Shown one piece after another: positions 29,637 to 35,838 of a stretch of DNA of 52,427 nucleotides. The translations under genes were made by a program, and so were the position numbers. Position 1 is the stretch's first letter. Each line of letters begins with the position of its first letter. This stretch comes from Clostridia bacterium (GTDB lineage Bacteria; Bacillota; Clostridia; Oscillospirales; CAG-272). The notes beneath the pieces were generated by a model that was not told where the DNA came from, searched no databases, and saw nothing but the letters and a program-made list of their open reading frames with translations. The stretch covers positions 1 to 52,427 of the forward strand of contig JAFSUT010000099.1 in assembly GCA_017445085.1 (NCBI GenBank), written 5' to 3'.

Positions 29637-30773
29637 TTATTTCAAACGGTAAAAAAACGGCACTTCCGAGAGGCTGCCGTCGGCGGCAAATATCGTGTGC
29701 AGACTGCCGATCATCTGCCCGAGCGCGGTAGCTTCCTGATACATATTTTTGCCGGTACACCACACGTTGCCGGAGCGCACCGCCGAAAAATCGGCAAGCA
29801 GAGCGTTTTTTTCGATGAGCTCCGAGAGCGACTCCACCGTATCGGCAATGGTCGCGTTGTAAATCAGAATATCCGCGTCCTTGGCCGCGGCGTAGAAATA
29901 CTCGGGGTCAATCGTCACGGTGGACGTCCGCGTCCCCTTGTCGCCGAGGTCATCGAAAATATATCTGCCGCCGGCAAGCGCGATCATTTGGCTGACGTAG
30001 TCGCCGCTTTTACGCACGACGATCTTGCCGGTGGAACTCACGTGGAAAAAGGCGACCGTCTTGCCGGACGGCACATCGCCGACGGCGGCGTCGAGGTAGG
30101 CGCATTGCGCCGCAAAAACTTCATTTGCCTTTTCTTCCTCGTCGAGCAGGGCGCCGTAGAGTTTGATCCATTCGGTGCGCCCGAGCGGATGCGGCTCGTT
30201 GCTCGACTGATCGACCAGCACCGCAACGCCCATCCCCTCAAGCTGCGCTTTGATATCGGAGGCGTGCCCGATCATCATCGACTCCACGGCAAGCGGACAA
30301 TGCACGGCGGTGATCAACTCATAGTCGGGCGCGTTGTACTTGCCCGCAAAGCGGATCTCCCCCGCCTCCATCGCCGCTTTTGCATTTGGGATATACCAGC
30401 CGTCCGCCGCCGTGCCGGAGAGCGAAACGGCGTCGAGCCGCGAGAGTTCATCAAACAGGCACATCGCCGACGTTGCGGCAAGATAGATATTGTCGATCGG
30501 CAAATAGAGCGGCGTTGCCGAAGCGTCTGCGCCCGCGGGGAGCGCGGCGCCCTTTGGCACAAGGAAAAACCGACTGCCGTCCGCAAGCGAGATCATCTTG
30601 TAGCCGCCCTCGTAATAGTCGACCGAAAACTGCGTGGCAAAAGAGAGCGGCATCCTGCCGGTCGGCACGAGTTCTTGTGCGGACGGGGTCTCCCTGTCGG
30701 CGGCACAGCCAAGCAGTACCGCCGACAAAAGGCAGATCCAAAAGAGCGCGGCAAATAATTCTTTCAAACTCAT
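29637..30773 (-). CDS. ABC substrate-binding lipoprotein, BtuF/FhuD-like (cluster A, corrinoid/siderophore/haem type)
   Basis: Signal peptide with lipobox LLGC. Two-lobed PBP pattern, with PDYELITAVHCPLAV and DILIYN motifs. Confidence 0.85.
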   Translation of the reverse strand: MSLKELFAALFWICLLSAVLLGCAADRETPSAQELVPTGRMPLSFATQFSVDYYEGGYKMISLADGSRFFLVPKGAALPAGADASATPLYLPIDNIYLAATSAMCLFDELSRLDAVSLSGTAADGWYIPNAKAAMEAGEIRFAGKYNAPDYELITAVHCPLAVESMMIGHASDIKAQLEGMGVAVLVDQSSNEPHPLGRTEWIKLYGALLDEEEKANEVFAAQCAYLDAAVGDVPSGKTVAFFHVSSTGKIVVRKSGDYVSQMIALAGGRYIFDDLGDKGTRTSTVTIDPEYFYAAAKDADILIYNATIADTVESLSELIEKNALLADFSAVRSGNVWCTGKNMYQEATALGQMIGSLHTIFAADGSLSEVPFFYRLK

Positions 30774-31609
30774 TTTGCGCGCAGCGTTGCGCCGTCAAAG
30801 CGGAGGGTATAGTCGATCAGGTGCGGCTCGCTCATCGCGGTGGTCAGCGCGCTGATCTGCATATCTTCATCCGGCACAACGGGGATGAAAAAGGTCGAAT
30901 TGCCCTCGGTATCCAAGCGGTCGTACCGCATATCGCCGACCGTGACGTATTCATAGTGCGAACTGCTGAATACCAGCGTTGCAAACCACTTTCCGTTTTC
31001 GACGAGGATCGACGCCGGGGAGGCGACCGACGCTTTGCCGGAGCCGCCGGTGAGCGTGACCTCTGCCGTATAGTCGCCGTTTGCCGCCGTGGGCAGAGGG
31101 TCCGATACCGAAACCATATGGTCATACCATATCCCCTTTTTGCCGATGAGCGCACATTCAAATTCCGCGTCGAGATACGGCACGGGGATATCAAATCCAT
31201 GCACCTCGTCGGTCGTCCCGTCGGGATAATGTACGGTATCCACCGACGGCTGAAGGAGTACGGCGTGATCCATGATCGCCTCCTTGGCGGCGCCGCGGAA
31301 GAGGACTTGCGTGTTTTTCGATGCGAGCGAGACGTGGATGGTCATGGCGCCGTCTTTGACGGTAAGGATACCTCGACCGTCATATGCATCGCACACGTGG
31401 AACATACTGCTGTCGGTTTTGAACTCGGCGGTATAGATCCCGTCCGCGATCGGCGCTGTGGCGACGCCGCTTGAGCGTGTCACCGCCGCCGTTTCGGTCG
31501 GCGAGCCCGTCGCCTGCGCCTCGCCCGTCTGCCCGCAGGAGGCGAGCAGGAGGACGGCGGCAAGCAAAGCGCAGATCAGGAAAAGAAATCTTTGATTTGT
31601 TTTCATCAT
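30770..31609 (-). CDS. lipoprotein of unknown function with an internal tandem domain duplication
   Basis: Signal peptide plus lipobox LLASCG. Two repeats open with A(D/N)GxYTAE and contain F(D/F)IPV(P/V). ATGA overlap with the SBP gene. Confidence 0.7.
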   Translation of the reverse strand: MMKTNQRFLFLICALLAAVLLLASCGQTGEAQATGSPTETAAVTRSSGVATAPIADGIYTAEFKTDSSMFHVCDAYDGRGILTVKDGAMTIHVSLASKNTQVLFRGAAKEAIMDHAVLLQPSVDTVHYPDGTTDEVHGFDIPVPYLDAEFECALIGKKGIWYDHMVSVSDPLPTAANGDYTAEVTLTGGSGKASVASPASILVENGKWFATLVFSSSHYEYVTVGDMRYDRLDTEGNSTFFIPVVPDEDMQISALTTAMSEPHLIDYTLRFDGATLRAK

Positions 31610-31629
31610 TCGTTATTTTCGTTTGCTTT

Positions 31630-32856
31630 TCAGTTCAAAGCGTCGATCGAGCTCTGTGCGTGTGCGACGTAAATCGCCTGGATATCACCGAGTCTGCCGA
31701 GGCCTTCGATTTGCGCCTCGACCTTGTCAAATTTTCCGGAAGCGCCGAACATACTCAGCCAGGAATCTTCCTCTTCCCCTGCCATATCGTTGTTGGCGTG
31801 GTCGCCGGCAACCACCATGAGGGGGCGGAGAACGACGTTTTTGTAGCCTGCGGCAGCGACGGCGTCGATCACGGCGTCACACGCGGTTTCTTCGGGTTCG
31901 CCCTCGACCGTGCCGATAAAGACGTTCTTGTAGCCGAGTTCGTTCATCTGCGTCTGCATCTGCGAATAGGTGATCTTTGCGTTGTGCGAGGTGCCGTGTC
32001 CCATAAAGACAAAAGCGGTGCCTGCCGCCTCGGCGGCGTCAAGGCTGTCAAAGCCTGCCTCCTTCACAGCGGCGGCGGTGATGGCTTTGGCGGTCGCCTC
32101 TTTGTCCGCGTTTACGTTGGACGCGGCGGCGCCGACTTTGCCGAGCAGCGGCTCGCTGATGACGATGGTGGCGATCTTGTCGGCGTAAGCGTCGGCAGTC
32201 GCTTTGAGTTCGTCATATTCGGCGCCGTGCATCAGGTGGGTCGGCTGGATGACCAGCGTTTCCACGCCGTTTGCCACGGCGCGTTCCATTGCCTGTTCCA
32301 TATTGTCGATTTTTTCGCCGTCACGCGCCTGAATATGGTTGATGATGATCTGCGCGGTGAAAGCGCGTCTGACCGACCAGTCGGGAAACGCCTGTGCCAG
32401 CGCGTCCTCTACGCCTTTGATATCCTTTGCGCGGCTGTCGTTAAACGACGTGCCGAAGCTGACGACCAGCAGTTCTTTCTTGCCGATCTCGTCGCCGTTT
32501 CTCGGATCGTCAAGCGCGGCGTCGCCGGTATCTCTGCCAAAGTAATCGGGGTCGGCGTTCTCCCCCTCGACAAGTTCTTTCTGTGCGTCGGTGAGGTTGT
32601 CCCACGCCGCTTTTGCCGCGGCGCAGTCCTCGTCGGTCGTATCGGTGCGCGTCTGGACGTAGATGGCGTCGATCAGTGCGGCGACCTCGTCGGCGAGTTC
32701 CTCATCGGTCGGCGCGGCAGCCTCGGTCGTGACAACCGCGGCGTCGGTCGTTTCAGGTGCGGCCTCGGTTTCCTGCGGCTTCTGCCCGCAGGCGCAAAGC
32801 CCGCAAAGCATCCCCGCGGCAAGCGCGAGCGAACAGATTTTTTGAGTGATTTTCAT
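31630..32856 (-). CDS. cbiK: CbiK-type sirohydrochlorin cobaltochelatase homologue carrying a lipoprotein signal peptide and low-complexity linker
   Basis: Start MKITQKICSLALAAGMLCGLCACGQ (ATG 32854-32856, GGAGGAAG upstream). CbiK motifs LVVSFGTS, THLMHGAEY, MGHGTSH and VAGDHANNDMAG are present. The track ORF's first 31 aa were rejected. Confidence 0.85.
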   Translation of the reverse strand: MKITQKICSLALAAGMLCGLCACGQKPQETEAAPETTDAAVVTTEAAAPTDEELADEVAALIDAIYVQTRTDTTDEDCAAAKAAWDNLTDAQKELVEGENADPDYFGRDTGDAALDDPRNGDEIGKKELLVVSFGTSFNDSRAKDIKGVEDALAQAFPDWSVRRAFTAQIIINHIQARDGEKIDNMEQAMERAVANGVETLVIQPTHLMHGAEYDELKATADAYADKIATIVISEPLLGKVGAAASNVNADKEATAKAITAAAVKEAGFDSLDAAEAAGTAFVFMGHGTSHNAKITYSQMQTQMNELGYKNVFIGTVEGEPEETACDAVIDAVAAAGYKNVVLRPLMVVAGDHANNDMAGEEEDSWLSMFGASGKFDKVEAQIEGLGRLGDIQAIYVAHAQSSIDALN

Positions 32857-32894
32857 AATTCTTCCTCCTGTAACTCCCTCTTTTGGGAAAATAA

Positions 32895-33115
32895 TGAAAA
32901 AATAAAGAGCGCAAAAGCGGCGCGGGGAGCCCCGCGCGTCTGTTTGCACTCTTCACACCAAAGAAATGAAACACAAATACGGCAATATCTGACTGATGGA
33001 CGACCAAAGGCGCAAAAACGCGCGACAAAAAACGGCGCAATCCGCCCACGGCAACGTCCAAATACAGGAATGGTGGTTGTTTCGGATTTGAACCGAATTC
33101 TTTTTAATCTACTCA
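32895..33115 (-). promoter_or_regulatory. candidate cobalamin riboswitch (divergent) plus terminator-like expression platform
   Basis: 300-nt leader containing, in canonical order: AAAAAGAAUUCGGUUCAAAUCCGAA (a hairpin resembling the GGGAA-GGUG-AAAUCC core); GGACGUUGCCGUGGGCGG; and a B12-box-like AGUCAGAUAUUGCCG (32980-32994). These are followed by the GC hairpin GCGCGGG-GCTC-CCCGCGC (32920-32937) and a U-rich tract. Confidence 0.5.
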
Positions 33116-33162
33116 GTCTACAACTTTTCAAACCGTATTTGATGCGATTTATTTTTGACAAT

Positions 33163-33191
33163 ATTATACTCTCTTTCCGGCACGATTGCAA
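33163..33191 (-). promoter_or_regulatory. consensus sigma-70-type promoter of the cobalamin operon
   Basis: Minus strand reads TTGCAA (33186-33191), 17 nt, TATAAT (33163-33168). Confidence 0.6.
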
Positions 33192-33472
33192 TAGCAAAAA
33201 GCGAAAAAAGTCGCCGCCGCCCCGCGGTTCTTTTTGACCGCCGCCAAAAGTTCGGGGTGGTTGACCCTGTCGGAATAGCCGGGCGCGGGGATCCCCTGCC
33301 GCACGGCGCCGCCCGCGGCGTACGCTTGCGGCTGATACGGCTGCTGCACCGGCTGCTGCACGGGTTGCTGATACGCAGGCTGTTGCGGCTACGCCGCGGG
33401 CGCGCCGCACGAAGGGCAGAATTTTGTCCCCTCGGAAAGCTGTGCCCCGCAATTCGGGCAAAAGTTTGCCAT
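33164..33472 (-). pseudogene. zinc-ribbon protein gene interrupted by an in-frame TAG and apparently 3'-truncated
   Basis: Manual translation from ATG 33470-33472 gives MANFCPNCGAQLSEGTKFCPSCGAPAA-TAG(33389-33391)-PQQPAYQQPVQQPVQQPYQPQAY...RVNHPELLAAVKKNRGAAATFFAFCYCNRAGKRV. The part after the TAG is the 33164..33361 track ORF in the same frame. Confidence 0.6.
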
Positions 33473-33516
33473 TGGAACAGTTCTCCTTTGTTGTCATTTT
33501 TGTCTATGTTATGACC

Positions 33517-33545
33517 ATTATAACAAATCCTCGCCCCGCCGTCAA
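33517..33545 (-). promoter_or_regulatory. sigma-70-type promoter of the zinc-ribbon gene
   Basis: Minus strand reads TTGACG, 17 nt, TATAAT. An AGGAG RBS precedes the ATG. Confidence 0.55.
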
Positions 33546-33572
33546 TATCCAAAAACACGCCGTCGGCGCACA

Positions 33573-33624
33573 AAAAAAAGACCGCTTTTGCGGTCTTTTT
33601 TGTTTTCGATCAATCGCTGACGTA
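33573..33624. repeat. left copy of the 52-bp direct repeat (orphan rpsR 3' end plus terminator hairpin)
   Basis: AAAAAAAGACCGC-TTTT-GCGGTCTTTTTTGTTTTCGATCAATCGCTGACGTA. Matches 34453-34504 at 48/52 positions; only the 4-nt hairpin loop differs. It also acts as terminator for the 130-aa gene. Confidence 0.9.
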
Positions 33625-33655
33625 TTGTAATTCTATATCGGAAATACTAAATATT

Positions 33656-34048
33656 TTAATAATTTGTTAAACTACCGCTGGTTGTTTTAATGGTAACGGT
33701 TTGCCTTTTATACGAAGGATTTTTTGCGTAGACTTGAACATAAAAAGTTCTGCACCTATAACCATATTGAGAATAAGTATATTCTTTCCCCGGTTGAATC
33801 TCTTTCGTCCAACAACCATTGATATACATCCACATCGGAACGCTGCCTTTGTTCATAACCGTGATTTTGTTTGTGCGCAAACTGCTAAAAGTTGCCTTCC
33901 TTTTTGCCAACAGGTCCGAAGCACTTCTTGCAGTAGCAGTTGTTGTATAAACCGCAGCAGCTGCTGGCAATGAAGCAATAGCAAACAACGTTGATAAAAT
34001 CAACATAATTGCTAATATTTTTACAATCATACTTTTTCTATTTATCAT
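33656..34048 (-). CDS. small secreted protein of unknown function (signal peptide, 2 Cys, beta-rich)
   Basis: 130 aa. GGAGGA RBS, signal peptide ...LFAIASLPAAAAV, and a consensus promoter TTGACA-17-TATAAT (34090-34118, minus strand). Confidence 0.7.
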   Translation of the reverse strand: MINRKSMIVKILAIMLILSTLFAIASLPAAAAVYTTTATARSASDLLAKRKATFSSLRTNKITVMNKGSVPMWMYINGCWTKEIQPGKEYTYSQYGYRCRTFYVQVYAKNPSYKRQTVTIKTTSGSLTNY

Positions 34049-34059
34049 TTTTCCTCCAA

Positions 34060-34111
34060 ATTATAATTCCGATATAGAATTACAATAATATTATAATTCC
34101 GTATCAGAATT
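34060..34111. promoter_or_regulatory. two 22-bp operator-like direct repeats in the divergent promoter region
   Basis: ATTATAATTCCGATATAGAATT (34060-34081) and ATTATAATTCCGTATCAGAATT (34090-34111). Each contains AATTC-N7-GAATT dyad symmetry. The second fills the -35/-10 spacer of the minus-strand promoter. Confidence 0.5.
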
Positions 34112-34165
34112 TTGTCAATGGATTTTAATAATATAATGAAAAAAAATATGCTATATGTGGTGAAA

Positions 34166-34432
34166 ATGAAAACAAGAAAAATCGCTTATGGAAACTGTAA
34201 TATTGTTGGCAAAAACATCGAAGCGCTCCGAAAACGGAAAGGCATAAAGCAAAAAGACCTTATTGCAAAAATGCAAATTATGGGCGTTGATATAAATCCG
34301 ACAAGTTATTCAAAATTAGAAGGACAAGTACGGTTGGCGACGGATAAAGAAATATACGCGATTGCCAAGATTTTAAGTGTTTCTGTAGAATCCTTGTTTT
34401 GCATAGACAACGATGAGCAAAAGAACCCTTAA
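34166..34432 (+). CDS. XRE-family helix-turn-helix transcriptional regulator
   Basis: HTH pattern IVGKNIEALRKRKGIKQKDLIAKMQIMGVDINPTSYSKLEGQ. Start ambiguous (ATG 34166, 34148 or 34118; the track starts at TTG 34112). Confidence 0.8.
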   Translation: MKTRKIAYGNCNIVGKNIEALRKRKGIKQKDLIAKMQIMGVDINPTSYSKLEGQVRLATDKEIYAIAKILSVSVESLFCIDNDEQKNP

Positions 34433-34452
34433 TAGCACCGATATTTTACAAC

Positions 34453-34504
34453 AAAAAAAGACCGCAAAAGCGGTCTTTTTTGTTTTCGATCAATCGCTGA
34501 CGTA
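34453..34504. repeat. right copy of the 52-bp direct repeat (authentic rpsR 3' end plus bidirectional terminator)
   Basis: Contains the rpsR stop (34490-34492) with the last four codons, and the GACCGC-AAAA-GCGGTC hairpin. Confidence 0.9.
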
Positions 34505-34792
34505 AGGGATCAGTGCCATCTGTCTTGCGCGTTTGATGGCAACCGTGAGCTGACGCTGGTGAACGGCGCAGGTGCCCGAAATTCTTCTGGGAAGAATTTT
34601 GGAGCGCTCGCTGACAAGTTTTTTCAGTCTTACGGTATCCTTATAGTCAATGTAGTCAATCTTGTCTGCGCAGAAAATGCAAACCTTTTTGCGCTTCTTC
34701 ATCGGACGGAAGGGGCGCTGTGCAGGTGCCGCTTCACTCGTCGCTGCTGCTTCGGGTGCTGCGGGCGCAGTTACAACTTCATTGTTTTCCAT
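34490..34792 (-). CDS. rpsR: 30S ribosomal protein S18
   Basis: Conserved [18 protein letters not shown]...[32 protein letters not shown]. Start either ATG 34792 or TTG 34804. Confidence 0.9.
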   Translation of the reverse strand: MENNEVVTAPAAPEAAATSEAAPAQRPFRPMKKRKKVCIFCADKIDYIDYKDTVRLKKLVSERSKILPRRISGTCAVHQRQLTVAIKRARQMALIPYVSD

Positions 34793-34839
34793 GAGCTTAA
34801 CCAACCTGTAAAGTACAGATAATCCTTTCTGAAAAATTG

Positions 34840-35292
34840 TTAGAACGGGAGATCCTCATCGGCGGAAACAGATTCAAACTTCGGTGCGCCGCTCTCCGCA
34901 TTGGAGAAGGACGGCGAAGTATACGCATCCGGCGTATACTGTCCCGCATTTGCGGCGTCGCCCTTGCTTTCCACAAAGCCGACCTCATCCGCAACAACTT
35001 CGGTAACGTAGCGTTTATTGCCCTGACTGTCGTTGTAACTTCTCGATTGAAGTGCACCGCAAACCAAGATCGGTTTTCCGCGCTTGAAATAGCGGGATAC
35101 AAACTCAGCCGTCTGTCTCCATGCAACGATGTTGATAAAATCCGCCGTCTGCTGTCCTTCGGCCGCGTTTTTGCTGTATCTGCGGTTGATGGCAATTGAA
35201 AACGAGCAAACGGAAATGCCGCTCGGCGTCGTTTTCAGTTCAGGGTCGGCAGTCATATTGCCGATCAAAATTACCTTATTGAGACTTGCCAT
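34840..35292 (-). CDS. ssb: single-stranded DNA-binding protein
   Basis: [22 protein letters not shown]-fold N-terminus and an acidic DEDLPF tail. Confidence 0.95.
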   Translation of the reverse strand: MASLNKVILIGNMTADPELKTTPSGISVCSFSIAINRRYSKNAAEGQQTADFINIVAWRQTAEFVSRYFKRGKPILVCGALQSRSYNDSQGNKRYVTEVVADEVGFVESKGDAANAGQYTPDAYTSPSFSNAESGAPKFESVSADEDLPF

Positions 35293-35319
35293 TTGCGTTT
35301 TCCTCCTCTGTTTTGATCT

Positions 35320-35631
35320 TTACGACTTTGCTTTCTTTGTTTCCAGGCGAATGACGATACCGCGCATGATGTTTTCATCAATGTTGTAGCGGCGCTCAAG
35401 TTCAGCCGGGAAAGAAGGATCGCTGGTAAAGTTGACGAGGACATAGTACCCTTCGGGAATGTCATTGATCGGATATGCAAGACGGCGCTTGCCCCATTCG
35501 TTGACTTCGGCGACGGTTCCGTTCTCTGCGATGAGCGCATTGAACTTTTCCACTGTATTTTTGAGGTCGTCCTCAGCGATCGTCGGGTTGACGATATACA
35601 GCGTCTCGTAAGAATTTACTGCCTTTTCCAT
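35320..35631 (-). CDS. rpsF: 30S ribosomal protein S6
   Basis: NSYETLYIVNP...EWGKRRLAYPI pattern. AAGGAGGTG RBS. Confidence 0.95.
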   Translation of the reverse strand: MEKAVNSYETLYIVNPTIAEDDLKNTVEKFNALIAENGTVAEVNEWGKRRLAYPINDIPEGYYVLVNFTSDPSFPAELERRYNIDENIMRGIVIRLETKKAKS

Positions 35632-35756
35632 CTTTTTTACACCTCCTTATGGACATTTGGCCGTGACACTGCCGTCACGGCAAGGGGGTATGGGTATAGA
35701 CGATTTCCATACCTGTACCATTACAGTATTCTACCACAGGAAAAATGATTTGTCAA
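35632..35756 (-). promoter_or_regulatory. rpsF-ssb-rpsR promoter and structured 5' leader
   Basis: Minus strand reads TTGACA (35751-35756), 17 nt, TGgTAGAAT (-10 at 35728-35733). The leader contains a CCGTGAC-N6-GTCACGG hairpin (35661-35680). Confidence 0.5.
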
Positions 35757-35838
35757 GCATTTTTTGCATTCGCTTGTTTTTTCGGCGCCATTGTGCTACA
35801 ATAAAGCGACAGAACACGAAAGAAGGCAACACCGCAAC

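Larger units (their letters stand above)
33625..34452. mobile_element. AT-rich 0.83-kb insertion (mini-island) at the rpsR 3' end, bounded by 52-bp direct repeats and with inverted-repeat-like termini; no recombinase gene
   Basis: Sharp drop in G+C relative to both flanks. Direct repeats duplicate the target. Termini are TTGTAATTCTATATCGG (33625-33641) and, as the reverse complement of 34438-34451, TTGTAAAATATCGG. Confidence 0.5.

Noticed and set aside
31471-33237. 588-aa plus-strand ORF, and the 214-aa minus-strand ORF 32853..33497, both spanning the cbiK 5' region, riboswitch and pseudogene.
   Set aside because: They run through a promoter, a structured leader and terminator hairpins. They have Arg-rich composition and no RBS. 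The region is better explained by cbiK, its leader and the zinc-ribbon remnant.
33389-33391. In-frame TAG in the zinc-ribbon gene as programmed recoding (pyrrolysine or reassigned amber).
   Set aside because: TAG is used as an ordinary stop in this window (cbiB ends with TAG at 18840-18842). No pyl genes or recoding signals are visible. A nonsense mutation or pseudogene is the simpler explanation, although readthrough cannot be excluded from sequence alone.
33610-33624. Left copy of the rpsR 3' end as a second rpsR gene or pseudogene.
   Set aside because: Only 15 nt of coding sequence are duplicated. It is a target-duplication scar, not a gene.
33623-34087. The 21-bp inverted repeats around the 130-aa gene as an invertible (phase-variable) DNA switch.
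   Set aside because: No invertase or recombinase gene is nearby. The promoter lies outside the repeat-bounded segment, so inversion would simply disconnect the gene. Operator function for the adjacent XRE regulator is more parsimonious. This is kept as a testable alternative only.
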